Positions 10,155 through 19,234 of a stretch of 64,000 nt of DNA are shown in pieces. Position numbers and translations under genes: made by a program. Position 1 is the first letter of the stretch. Each line of letters starts with the position of its first letter. Where the stretch lies: positions 1,472,001 through 1,536,000 of the forward strand of contig OY969767.1 of the NCBI GenBank assembly GCA_963702895.1, in the 5' to 3' direction. Source of the DNA: an uncultured Elusimicrobia bacterium (GTDB taxonomy: Bacteria > Elusimicrobiota > Elusimicrobia > 2-01-FULL-59-12). The notes under the pieces were generated by a model. The model was not told the DNA's origin, made no database searches, and saw only the letters and a list, made by a program, of their open reading frames with translations.

Positions 10155-11438
10155 TTACTCTCCTTGGCTTCCGTAGACTTCGAGAAACTTTCTCTTTTCT
10201 TCCTTGAAGTTACCGTCGATAAGAGATTGGCGAATTTTTCGCATCAATTTTAATAGAAAGGCCACGTTATGTAAAGACGCAAGGCGAAGGGCCGAGAGCT
10301 CTCCAGACCGGAACAAATGATGCAGGTAAGCGCGCGTGTAGCGACTGCAAAGATCGCAGTCGCACGCAGGATCAACAGGTCGGAAATCCTCACGGTAGGG
10401 CGCGTTTTTGAGGTTCAGTTTTCCCTGGGAAGTGAATAGCTGCCCGTTACGACCGTTCCTGGTCGGTAACACGCAATCAAATTGGTCGATCCCCAGGTCG
10501 ACCGCTTCCCATAAATCTTCCGGGGTCCCCACCCCCATCAGGTAGCGGGGCTTGTCCTGAGGCAAGAGATCCGTGGAGAGCGCGATCATCTCATGCATCG
10601 CGGCCTGGGGCTCGCCGACCGAAAGGCCTCCGATCGCGTAACCCGGGAAATCGAGGTCCACCAGTTCCCGGGCGCTCTGCCTGCGGAGTTCGGGATAGAT
10701 GGAACCCTGGGTGATGGCCCACAATTGGGGTGGTGTTACTCCTTCCCCCCTTGTGGGGGAAGGCAAGGGATGGGGGGATCGTCCACCCCCACCCTCACCC
10801 TCCCCCATCCAGGGGGAGGGGCACTTTTTCATAGCGTCCTGGCAGCGCTTCGCCCAGCGCGTCGTGATCTCCAGAGCCCGGCGCGCGTGATCTTCCGCGC
10901 AAGGGTAAGGCGGACATTCATCGAAACACATGAGGATATCGGAACCGATCGCCAGTTGGATCTCCACGGCTTTCTCCGGGCTTAAAAAATGGAGCGACCC
11001 GTCCAGATGAGACCGGAACTCGACGCCTTCTTCCGAAATGCGCCTGAGCTGTTCCATGCTAAAAACTTGATAGCCCCCCGAATCCGTCAGAATCGCGCGG
11101 TCCCAACTCATAAATTTATGGAGTCCACCCGCTTTGGCGATCACCTCCACGCCGGGGCGCAGATACAGATGGTAGGTATTGGCGAGGATCAACTGGGATT
11201 GAAGTCTTTCAAGGTCCTGGGATAGGAGCGTTTTGACGGACCCCTGTGTGCCGACGGGGGCGAAGACCGGCGTATCGACCACGCCATGCCGGGTCATCAA
11301 TCGGCCAACCCGCGCCTTGGAACCCGCGCACCGTGCCACGACCTCAAAACACCTGTCACCCCGGCGGAAGCCGGGGTCTATCATGATGGATCCCCCGCTT
11401 AAGACCGCGGGGGATGACGATTTTTGCGTTTCTGTCAT
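10155..11438 (-). CDS. tgt: tRNA-guanine(34) transglycosylase with two translated repeat insertions
   Basis: TPVFAPVGT, ANTYHL, TDSGGYQ, GGLSVGE, CDCDLC Zn site. Confidence 0.97.
   Translation of the reverse strand: MTETQKSSSPAVLSGGSIMIDPGFRRGDRCFEVVARCAGSKARVGRLMTRHGVVDTPVFAPVGTQGSVKTLLSQDLERLQSQLILANTYHLYLRPGVEVIAKAGGLHKFMSWDRAILTDSGGYQVFSMEQLRRISEEGVEFRSHLDGSLHFLSPEKAVEIQLAIGSDILMCFDECPPYPCAEDHARRALEITTRWAKRCQDAMKKCPSPWMGEGEGGGGRSPHPLPSPTRGEGVTPPQLWAITQGSIYPELRRQSARELVDLDFPGYAIGGLSVGEPQAAMHEMIALSTDLLPQDKPRYLMGVGTPEDLWEAVDLGIDQFDCVLPTRNGRNGQLFTSQGKLNLKNAPYREDFRPVDPACDCDLCSRYTRAYLHHLFRSGELSALRLASLHNVAFLLKLMRKIRQSLIDGNFKEEKRKFLEVYGSQGE
10741..10820. repeat. Inverted double-hairpin palindromic repeat inside tgt
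   Basis: CCTTCCCCC-CTTGT-GGGGGAAGG and CCCTCCCCC-ATCCA-GGGGGAGGG. Confidence 0.85.
11355..11418. repeat. REP-like GTCA...TGAC doublet inside the tgt N-terminus
   Basis: GTCACCCCGGCGGAAGCCGGGGTCTA...GGATCCCCCGC-TTAAGACC-GCGGGGGATGAC. Confidence 0.9.
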
Positions 11439-12535
11439 AGAATCAGCATCGCGTCACCATAAGAGTAAAAGCGATAGCCCCGTTGGATGGCGACTTCGTA
11501 AGCGGGGCGCAGCGAGAATGGCGGTATCGGAGTATCGGAGTTTCGGGGTATCGGTGTTACATCAGCTCTAACCCCGATACTCCGGTACCCCGTTACTCCG
11601 GTACGGTCACTGTAGAAGGCGCACGCCAAGAGCAGGGGCGTCGAACCGGGGAGGTGAAAGTTCGTGATCAGGGCATCGACGGCCTTAAAGCGGTAGCCGG
11701 GATAGATATAAAGCTTGGCCTCGCCCCGGCCGGAAGAAAAGGTCCCCGACGCGTCGCAGATCGTTTCCAACGTCCGCGTCACGGTTGTGCCAACCGCGAT
11801 CAGGCGTCGGCCTTCCTGCTTCGCCCGATTCAAGGCCTTTGCCGTGTCGGCGCTCACTTCATACATTTCGGAAAGCATCGGGTGTTCTTCGATGGTTTTC
11901 GTTCGAACAGGACGAAACGTCCCCCAACCCACATGTAAAACCAGCGAGGTCGTCTCGATCCCTCTGGACGTGAGACGCCTTAAAAGATCCTCCGTGAAGT
12001 GGAAACCCGCTGTTGGGGCCGCGACAGCCCCCTCCGTCCTGGCATAGACCGTTTGATAGCGCTCGACATCCGCAAGATTGACAGAGTTGCGCTTGATATA
12101 AGGAGGCAGCGGCATTTCCCCATGGCGATCCAGATAGCTCCGGATATGATTGCTTGAAAACATCAGCCGCCATTCCCCTTCCGCCAAACGCTCAGACATC
12201 TCGGCACGCAGGCCCTCCGGAAACTGGAGGGTCGTCTTTTGTGTCGCGCCTCGCACAAGCGCCTTCCAGGAGGCATCCTCTTGGGCCAACAGCAGGACCT
12301 CCACTTTGCCGCCGGAAACCTTCGTTCCTCTTAATCGGGCTGGGAAGACTTTCGTGGCGTTGGTCACGAGCAGGTCGCCTGGCCGAAGATGTTCGTCCAG
12401 TCCAAAAAAATAGTCGTGGTTGAGGGTTCCCTGGTTCCGGTCCAGGACCATGAGGCGTGAATGATCGCGCGGCGAAACAGGAGCTTGCGCGATTGTGCCT
12501 GCCGGTACATCGTAATGAAAGTCCTGTAATTTCAC
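11435..12535 (-). CDS. queA: S-adenosylmethionine:tRNA ribosyltransferase-isomerase
   Basis: MPLPPYI, YQTVYA, GAVAAPTAGFHF, TNFHLP, YRFYSYGDAM. Confidence 0.97.
   Translation of the reverse strand: MKLQDFHYDVPAGTIAQAPVSPRDHSRLMVLDRNQGTLNHDYFFGLDEHLRPGDLLVTNATKVFPARLRGTKVSGGKVEVLLLAQEDASWKALVRGATQKTTLQFPEGLRAEMSERLAEGEWRLMFSSNHIRSYLDRHGEMPLPPYIKRNSVNLADVERYQTVYARTEGAVAAPTAGFHFTEDLLRRLTSRGIETTSLVLHVGWGTFRPVRTKTIEEHPMLSEMYEVSADTAKALNRAKQEGRRLIAVGTTVTRTLETICDASGTFSSGRGEAKLYIYPGYRFKAVDALITNFHLPGSTPLLLACAFYSDRTGVTGYRSIGVRADVTPIPRNSDTPIPPFSLRPAYEVAIQRGYRFYSYGDAMLIL
11523..11605. repeat. Inverted arrays of 8-bp tandem repeats inside queA
   Basis: 4x RGTWTCGG, spacer, then 4x CCGDTACN. Confidence 0.85.
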
Positions 12536-13716
12536 AGGGCGACCACTTTCGCTTGAGGATAATAAACCTTAAGAATTTCTTTATATTTATGTCCCTCCAG
12601 GGCACGGCCCCTGGCGCCCCACTGACACAGACCGACACCATGGCCCCATCCGAGCCCTTCGAAGGTCACGGATTTCTTATCTGCTTTGAGCTCCGTGATG
12701 AGGGTGCTTCGCAGGGCCTCAGGCCCCACCGCCAGGCGGAAACGGTTTCCAGCCAGATGGATTTCTCCCTTCGAGGTCTTCAACAGCACGGTCTGCGCCC
12801 TGCCAGAAGGGGACTGTTGGAGGATATCGACAGACCTGATGGATTGAACTCGTACGCCGGCCCGCCGCAATCGTTCACGCAGGGCAGAATAGCTGAGGGT
12901 CAAGTCCCATTGATGCCTGGGGTAAGCTGCGCAGTAGGTGTGATCGAGCGTGACGTCATAGATGGCCTCTTGGGAATCGATGTTCCAGACATTCTCAGGT
13001 CGCTCGGTACGGCCGCCACAAGCCGCATGAAAAAACGCACGGACGGGCCTGCCTGTGGGATCGACCAAAATGCGGCCCTCGGTCTCCAGTACCGCGCGGT
13101 TGGTTTCTGATGATTCGACATCCTGACCGCCATAGACCTGGTCCATGACGGTCGAAGACACATCAAAGCGTTCGCGCATGCGAACCCTTTTGTTGGCCAT
13201 GGCATAAGAGCGGGAGACGACCGCCTGCGCTTTAAGAGCTTCGATGGGCCAGCTCGGATGGACCTCCTTGGGCAGAACACCAAACAAGTATTCCGCGATC
13301 TGCAGATATTCCACGACGTCATAGCGGCCACGGCCCAAAGGATGAAACAGAAGCACCCCTCGGTATCGTTGGCCGTTCACGGTGAGACTATCCTTGGGCC
13401 TGTCGGGCATCACGAGCACATCTCCTTTGAAACGGTGCGTCCCGATCATCAGCGTCGAACCCGAAGCCCTGACTTTGAGCGAGCTACGACTTGTGCGGAT
13501 GCGATCGTTCTTGAGAAGACCGTAATGAAACGTTCCTGGGCAGGAAAGCCGGCTGGGATGTTGGGTGGATAAGATTCTGACTCGAATATGGTCCGAAGAC
13601 GCTGGAAGTCGTAGTATCGCCGTTGCCGTTTCTGCCGTAAAACCGGTGGCACCCCCTGACAAAAGGAGAAAGGATAGACAAGACGTCAGGAAAACCCTGA
13701 AAACCCTGAAAACCAT
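12532..13716 (-). CDS. SpoIID/LytB domain protein
   Basis: YLFGVLPKE, EALKAQAVVSRSYA, DQVYGG, GWGHGVGLCQWGA; TAATG overlap gives start 13716. Confidence 0.93.
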   Translation of the reverse strand: MVFRVFRVFLTSCLSFLLLSGGATGFTAETATAILRLPASSDHIRVRILSTQHPSRLSCPGTFHYGLLKNDRIRTSRSSLKVRASGSTLMIGTHRFKGDVLVMPDRPKDSLTVNGQRYRGVLLFHPLGRGRYDVVEYLQIAEYLFGVLPKEVHPSWPIEALKAQAVVSRSYAMANKRVRMRERFDVSSTVMDQVYGGQDVESSETNRAVLETEGRILVDPTGRPVRAFFHAACGGRTERPENVWNIDSQEAIYDVTLDHTYCAAYPRHQWDLTLSYSALRERLRRAGVRVQSIRSVDILQQSPSGRAQTVLLKTSKGEIHLAGNRFRLAVGPEALRSTLITELKADKKSVTFEGLGWGHGVGLCQWGARGRALEGHKYKEILKVYYPQAKVVAL

Positions 13717-13937
13717 TAGTGTTTCCCCAGAAACCTTGAAAGCAGCGACAGGAGGATGCTGATCACCAAACACGTCGTGACAGGAAAGTAGATTGTGAAA
13801 TGATCGCGCTTGATGGCGATATCGCCTGGCAGCTTCCCGAAAAAGGGGACCTTGCCAGCGACGGAAAGGAAAATCCCCAGAACGACGGTGGCTAAACCGA
13901 AATAGATCAGCACTTTCCCGAGAGCCTGCGGTGTCAT
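13716..13937 (-). CDS. DUF2905 small membrane protein
   Basis: GKLPGDI...YFPVTTCLVISILLS. Confidence 0.9.
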   Translation of the reverse strand: MTPQALGKVLIYFGLATVVLGIFLSVAGKVPFFGKLPGDIAIKRDHFTIYFPVTTCLVISILLSLLSRFLGKH

Positions 13938-13946
13938 GAGAGGACT

Positions 13947-14975
13947 TTAAAACAGCTGGTCCTGGGTTGTTTTCGGTGCCGGTTTTCCAAGATGCCTGTA
14001 AGCATGATCGGTCGCCAGTCGCCCACGCGGCGTCCGTGACAGAAATCCGCACTGGATCAGGAAGGGCTCATAGACATCGGTGAGCGTATCGACATCTTCG
14101 GAGAGGGCGACCGCGAGCGTCTCGATGCCAACCGGCCCTCCTCCAAATTTTTCAATGAGGGTACTGAGAAGTCGACGGTCCATGGTATCGAGACCGCGAT
14201 CATCCACATCCAACTGCCGGAGGCCGTCCGCCGCCACCGCCAGAGAAAGCGTTCTGCCGGCGGAGGTGTCCGCAAAATCGCGGAGGCGCCTGAGCAAGCG
14301 GTTGGCAATGCGTGGCGTCCCGCGGCTGCGCCGTGCGATCTCCCGGAGACCCCCCTGGTCAGCGCTCACTTTCAAAATGACACTCGACCTTTGAAGAATT
14401 TGCAGGAGCTCCTCCTCCGTATAGAACTCAAGATGGGCCGTGATGCCAAAGCGGTCGCGCAAAGGGCTCGTTAAAAGCCCAGCCCGTGTGGTCGCCCCCA
14501 CGAGCGTAAAACGCGGCACGGGGAGATTGATGGTCTTAGCGCTTGGGCCTTCGCCAATAATGACATCCAGCTTAAAATCCTCCATGACGGAGTAGAGTGT
14601 TTCCTCCACGACATGATTGAGGCGGTGGATTTCATCGATGAAGAAGACATCGCCCTCCTGAAGGCTTGTGAGGATGGCCGCGAGGTCCCCTTTGCGCTCC
14701 AGGACGGGCCCGGAGGTGACGCGCAGCCCACAACGCATCTCATGCGCGATGATCCCGGCCAGCGTCGTCTTGCCGAGACCCGGTGGAGAATAGAAGAGGC
14801 AGTGATCGAGAGGCTCTTTGCGCTGGGAAGCGGCCTCAATAAAGACACGGAGATTTTTCTTCATGCGCTCTTGACCCACAAACTCCGCCAGCGTCTGGGG
14901 ACGCAGGGACTGCTCGATCGGCTCTTCTTCGGCGACGGCCTGGGGAGTCAGGGATGGCGTTTGGGTTGTACTCAT
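13947..14975 (-). CDS. ruvB: Holliday junction branch migration helicase RuvB
   Basis: [36 protein letters not shown]. Confidence 0.98.
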   Translation of the reverse strand: MSTTQTPSLTPQAVAEEEPIEQSLRPQTLAEFVGQERMKKNLRVFIEAASQRKEPLDHCLFYSPPGLGKTTLAGIIAHEMRCGLRVTSGPVLERKGDLAAILTSLQEGDVFFIDEIHRLNHVVEETLYSVMEDFKLDVIIGEGPSAKTINLPVPRFTLVGATTRAGLLTSPLRDRFGITAHLEFYTEEELLQILQRSSVILKVSADQGGLREIARRSRGTPRIANRLLRRLRDFADTSAGRTLSLAVAADGLRQLDVDDRGLDTMDRRLLSTLIEKFGGGPVGIETLAVALSEDVDTLTDVYEPFLIQCGFLSRTPRGRLATDHAYRHLGKPAPKTTQDQLF

Positions 14976-15580
14976 GAAAGCTGTTTGAGGGCCTCTTTGA
15001 CCAGTTCGGCCGTGCTGGTCTGTGAACGCGAGTGCGACGGTAAGCGATCCAAGGCGGCTCTGGCCTCCGGCTCGCGATAGCCCAAGCTCACGAGCGCCGC
15101 GATCGCTTCACTGGCACCCGTCGCCTCAAGGGAGCCCGACCACTTCTCTCGTCCGGCCACGCGTAAAGCGGCGATACGGTCCTTGAGGGCCGCAATGATC
15201 TTGTTGGACGTCTTCGGGGTAAAACCAAAGAGGCTGGTGAGGGTCCTGGTGTCTCCTCCGAGCACCGCTCTGCGAAAATCGGGGGCTGATTTCGCAATTT
15301 TATCCAAATAATCGAGCGCTTTCTTGGATCCGGTGCCGGGTATTTCACGCAGCAAGAGGTAGATTTCTTTTTCCTCCAGGGACAGAAAACCATAGAGCGT
15401 GACAGCGCCGCCATACATCGCCATCGCTTCCACAATAAAAAGTTGGATCTCTTCGCCCACCGAAGGCAATCGGTCGTAGGCTGAGAGCGTTACGAACACC
15501 TCATAGCCGATGCCGTGCACATCCAGCAGGGCCTGGCCAGGCGATTTATGCAGCAGAGAACCCCGTAGACTGCCGATCAT
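14972..15580 (-). CDS. ruvA: Holliday junction branch migration protein RuvA
   Basis: [27 protein letters not shown]. Confidence 0.96.
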   Translation of the reverse strand: MIGSLRGSLLHKSPGQALLDVHGIGYEVFVTLSAYDRLPSVGEEIQLFIVEAMAMYGGAVTLYGFLSLEEKEIYLLLREIPGTGSKKALDYLDKIAKSAPDFRRAVLGGDTRTLTSLFGFTPKTSNKIIAALKDRIAALRVAGREKWSGSLEATGASEAIAALVSLGYREPEARAALDRLPSHSRSQTSTAELVKEALKQLS

Positions 15581-16233
15581 ACAACCGCCTTTAGGCCGTC
15601 ATCCCGGCGGCTCGTAAGCCGGGATCCATCATGATAGACCCCGGGTCTCCAAACGTCAGGCGACCCGGCCCGCCGGACGTGTGGAGGGCCGGCTTTCGCC
15701 GGGGTGACGTCGTTAAGTAAGGCACGATTTGTCTGGAGATGGCAGAGCGCGATCGCCAACGCATCGGCCGCATCATCAGGCTTGGGCAGCTCCTTGAGAC
15801 GGAATTGGCGCTGGACCATCGACTGCATCTGAAGCTTCGAAGCCGATCCGAAACCGGTCATCGCCATCTTCACCGCGCGGGGGTTGTATTCCAGGACAGG
15901 AAGTCCAGCCTCCGCCGCCACAAGCACGATCACGCCGCGGGCCTGAGCGGTGGCCGCGATGCTCACAGCAAATTTCGCGAAAAAGAGTTCTTCGATGGCC
16001 AGCACCTCCGGCTTGTGGGTCTGGATGAGGCTCGCCAGTTCTTGTTTGATCTGAAGAAGACGTTCCGGCAGGGCGGTCGAGGAGGGCGTCACAATCGCGC
16101 CAAAATCGATGAGAGCGATCCCCTTCGGTGCTTTTTCAAGCACGCCCCAGCCGGTGGTGGCCAGTCCCGGGTCGACACCCAGCACTCGACAACTTGACGC
16201 GGGGAAACTGGGACGTGGAGAACTGTCGATCAT
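15577..16233 (-). CDS. ruvC: Crossover junction endodeoxyribonuclease RuvC with repeat-derived N- and C-terminal extensions
   Basis: LGVDPG, AIEELFF, EYNP, DDAADALAIA; start uncertain (ATG 16233 or 16251). Confidence 0.93.
   Translation of the reverse strand: MIDSSPRPSFPASSCRVLGVDPGLATTGWGVLEKAPKGIALIDFGAIVTPSSTALPERLLQIKQELASLIQTHKPEVLAIEELFFAKFAVSIAATAQARGVIVLVAAEAGLPVLEYNPRAVKMAMTGFGSASKLQMQSMVQRQFRLKELPKPDDAADALAIALCHLQTNRALLNDVTPAKAGPPHVRRAGSPDVWRPGVYHDGSRLTSRRDDGLKAVV
15598..15708. repeat. REP-like doublet with a nested hairpin dyad, inside the ruvC 3' end
   Basis: GTCATCCCGGC...GCCGGGATCC...TAGACCCC[48 nt dyad]GGCTTTCGCCGGGGTGAC. Confidence 0.9.
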
Positions 16234-16268
16234 TTCTCCGTGTCCCCGCATCACCGCGTCACCGCGCC
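16196..16268. repeat. Inverted arrays of degenerate 8-bp repeats at the ruvC start
   Basis: GACGCGGG/GAAACTGG/GACGTGGA ... TCCGTGTC/CCCGCATC/ACCGCGTC/ACCGCGCC. Confidence 0.7.
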
Positions 16269-16273
16269 GGTGG

Positions 16274-17029
16274 TCACTTCGAGGCTGCGCTTTCAATGAC
16301 GTCCTTGGGGATATCAAAATTTGCGTACACGTTCTTGACGTCGTCGTGATCTTCCAGATCGTTCATGAGAGACATCATCTGCTGCGCCGGGGACCCGGTA
16401 AGTTTGACATAGGTCTTCGGCAAAAGGGTCACCTCTGCCGAAAGCGTGGGGACCTTCGCTGCCGCAAACGCCTTTTTCACAGACTCAAAATCCGCGGGCT
16501 GCGTGATGACCTCAAAGATATCGGGGTCTTCCGACTGAATGTCCTCTGCCCCGGCGTCGAGCGCCAGCGTCATGAGCTGATCTTCGGTGGCATTGGATTT
16601 CTCCACGGTCAGGATCCCTTTCGAGGAAAACATCCAGCCCACCGAGCCCGTCTCGCCCAGGTTGCCGCCGTGTTGAGAAAAAAGGCGGCGGATTTCGCCC
16701 GCGGTGCGGTTTTTATTGTCCGTCGTCACCTCAATCATGAGCGCCACACCGCTCGGGCCATAGCCCTCATAAACAAGCTCTTCGTAGGTTGCCCCTGGCA
16801 ATTCGCCTGTGCCCCGCTGGATGGCCTTCTTGATATTGTCGGCCGGCATGTTCGCCTCCCGAGCATCATCCATGGCCTTGCGAAGTCGGGGGTTCGACTC
16901 CGGGCTTCCCCCGCCGATTTTGGCAGCAATCACGATTTCGCGGATAATCTTCGTAAAAAGCTTGCCCCGCTTAGCGTCGGCCAAGCCCTTCTTATGCTTA
17001 ATTCCTGCCCAACGTGAATGTCCTGACAC
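16274..17029 (-). CDS. yebC: YebC/PmpR family regulator
   Basis: (M)SGHSRWAGIKHKK, YEGYGPSG, TDNKNRT; GGAGGAGG RBS before GTG 17029. Confidence 0.96.
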   Translation of the reverse strand: MSGHSRWAGIKHKKGLADAKRGKLFTKIIREIVIAAKIGGGSPESNPRLRKAMDDAREANMPADNIKKAIQRGTGELPGATYEELVYEGYGPSGVALMIEVTTDNKNRTAGEIRRLFSQHGGNLGETGSVGWMFSSKGILTVEKSNATEDQLMTLALDAGAEDIQSEDPDIFEVITQPADFESVKKAFAAAKVPTLSAEVTLLPKTYVKLTGSPAQQMMSLMNDLEDHDDVKNVYANFDIPKDVIESAASK

Positions 17030-17050
17030 GGGTCCTCCTCCAATGGGGGG

Positions 17051-17069
17051 CCCCGCTTTCGCGGGGATG
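17051..17069. repeat. Single REP-like hairpin upstream of yebC
   Basis: CCCCGC-TTTC-GCGGGGATG. Confidence 0.65.
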
Positions 17070-17221
17070 GAGCTGTTTCCTGTAAGCTTTTTGCCGGTCA
17101 CATTTTAACAGATTCGTGCCCTCTTCCTCGATGGATCTGGGCAACAGCTTGACTGTTCTGCGTCCGAACGTGACGGAATCAGGTGATGCGGCGTTCTTCC
17201 GCCGAAGGTTAGAGCAGCCCC

Positions 17222-19234
17222 TCAGGGCCTTGCGGATCCACGAGAGGCCTTGGCATTCTGAGACACCACCGCTAAGTTTTTCTTCGCCAAGTCAAAGCTG
17301 GGATCAAGGTGAAGCGCTTTTTGATAGGCCTGGATCGCTTGGTCCCACGCCTCAATTTGCGTGTAATAGTAACCCAGGTTATTCCACATGTCACGGTCGG
17401 CCGGAAAGACCCGGACTCCCTGCAAATAGAGCGCTTCCACATCCCCCTTGTGCTGCTCAAAATGTCTGAAATAGAGGCCGGCAAGCGCGTTGTAGGCGGT
17501 CTGGGAGAGCGGGTTAATCGCGAGGCAGATTCTGTAATAGTGGATGGCCTCCTCATCACGGCCGGCCTGCATCAGCAGGGTGGCGCGGTTAAAGTAAATC
17601 TCATCGTAACCGGCATTGGCATCCAGGGCCCGCTGGTACATGTGGAGCGCCTTTTCCTTGTCCCCCATGCGCGCGTAGACATTGGCCAATTCGTAATTAT
17701 TGTTCACCTCCAGGGGATGCCAACGGTACGCTCGCTCAAGGGAGCGCGCTGCCCCGGGCAGGTCGATGCCGCCCTTGGAGAGTTTAAAGCCGTGAAAAAA
17801 ATGGATTTCCCCCCTCCACAACGCGAACGAGCGTGCCATGAGACTCATGAGTCCCAGCACGGCCAGGAGCACGAGCGCTTTGCGCCACAGAGGCGCAAGA
17901 TTCACACGATGGACCTTGAGGTTTTCGGGGTCAAGCGCCATCACGGAGCCCACCCACCACCAGAAAAAAAAGGCGGGCACGGCAAAATGGACCGATACAT
18001 TCAGGAGATTATCGACCAGCATCCCGGCGACCCCGCCGAGCATGCCCCAGCACATCGGCTTCCATCCGCCTGAGAGGCGCCGCGCGATCGCAGCGCCCTG
18101 GCGAAAGAAAAGGACCCACATCCAAAGGACCACGCCGAATCCGATCGAGCCGATCTGCGACCAGTATTCAAGAATCTCGTTATGGGCGTTATTGGCGTGC
18201 GTGCGCGCCGCTAAGTTTTTCAGAAAGAGGATAGGCCCCTGGTAAAAAGGATAGAAGAGCTCAAAGCACCCCCACCCTTTCCCCAACCAGGGGTGGTCCT
18301 GGACCATACCGAAGGCGGCGATCCAGATCAGGAACCTCTGATAGACAGAACCATAGGCCTCGTGTGTAGCTCGTTTGACCTCCATCAAACGAGCAATGAC
18401 GACCGGCTTATAACTGTCCGCGCTTTGCGGCCAGGCAAGGACAATCAGCCCCATCACCACAAGGAGCGCTTTGGACCCCCGGGCGGACTTGGGGTCCGTT
18501 CGGTGCACGGCCCACGCGAGCACGAGCAACCCCACCAAGAGCCCCATCCAAGAGGAACGGGTCATGGTCGCCAGGATCGCGCCAAGACAAACCGGAATGG
18601 CAAGAAAGAGCAGGGCGCGCGGAAATCTTGTCACCTTAAAAAGATAATCCGCCACCATCACCGGCATCACCACAACCAGAAACGACGACATAAAGTTGGG
18701 GTTGCCAAAAGTCGAGACGGGCCTGTTGCCGTAAGGGTTGAGCTGCCTGGGCCAAATCAGTTCCACGCCAAAGAACTGCGCGATTCCATAAGCGGCCGCG
18801 AGGGTCGCGACGACATACGTGATCCAAAGCAGCGCCCGGACGAGCGAGGCCTCACGCGCGCGCAAAGCAGCCGCATAAACTAAAAAGGTGTTCACGAGGA
18901 GGAAAATCATGGATTTGGACCCCTCGCTGTAGATCGATGAGAGAAAGGCGGGATGGGCCGCCATCGACAGGAGCCAACTGCTGAGCGACACCAGGCCCAG
19001 GCCCAGGAACGGCACATCCAAGGGTGAGCTCACCCAGGCCAGTTCGTTATTGCGCAGGGACGCCACAAGCCAAACACACCAACAGGCGGGAACGAACACA
19101 TTGAGCAGGGCGATCTGGGTGTAATAGGGATTGCGCGTCAGGTCTGTGAAAAAAAGAAGAGGGCAGACCCCGAAGAGAAGGAAAAGGAGACTACGGACGG
19201 ATCGGGGGGTTGCCATGGAAGAGCCGCTGGACAT
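17222..19234 (-). CDS. O-antigen ligase (Wzy_C) family membrane protein with C-terminal TPRs
   Basis: STFGNPNF, TRSSWMG, HPWLGKGWG, AHNEILE, then TPR repeats. Confidence 0.88.
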   Translation of the reverse strand: MSSGSSMATPRSVRSLLFLLFGVCPLLFFTDLTRNPYYTQIALLNVFVPACWCVWLVASLRNNELAWVSSPLDVPFLGLGLVSLSSWLLSMAAHPAFLSSIYSEGSKSMIFLLVNTFLVYAAALRAREASLVRALLWITYVVATLAAAYGIAQFFGVELIWPRQLNPYGNRPVSTFGNPNFMSSFLVVVMPVMVADYLFKVTRFPRALLFLAIPVCLGAILATMTRSSWMGLLVGLLVLAWAVHRTDPKSARGSKALLVVMGLIVLAWPQSADSYKPVVIARLMEVKRATHEAYGSVYQRFLIWIAAFGMVQDHPWLGKGWGCFELFYPFYQGPILFLKNLAARTHANNAHNEILEYWSQIGSIGFGVVLWMWVLFFRQGAAIARRLSGGWKPMCWGMLGGVAGMLVDNLLNVSVHFAVPAFFFWWWVGSVMALDPENLKVHRVNLAPLWRKALVLLAVLGLMSLMARSFALWRGEIHFFHGFKLSKGGIDLPGAARSLERAYRWHPLEVNNNYELANVYARMGDKEKALHMYQRALDANAGYDEIYFNRATLLMQAGRDEEAIHYYRICLAINPLSQTAYNALAGLYFRHFEQHKGDVEALYLQGVRVFPADRDMWNNLGYYYTQIEAWDQAIQAYQKALHLDPSFDLAKKNLAVVSQNAKASRGSARP

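Noticed and set aside
17030..17101. REP-encoded N-terminal extension of YebC
   Set aside because: A strong GGAGGAGG RBS precedes GTG 17029 at the canonical MSGHS start, so the hairpin is in the 5' UTR.
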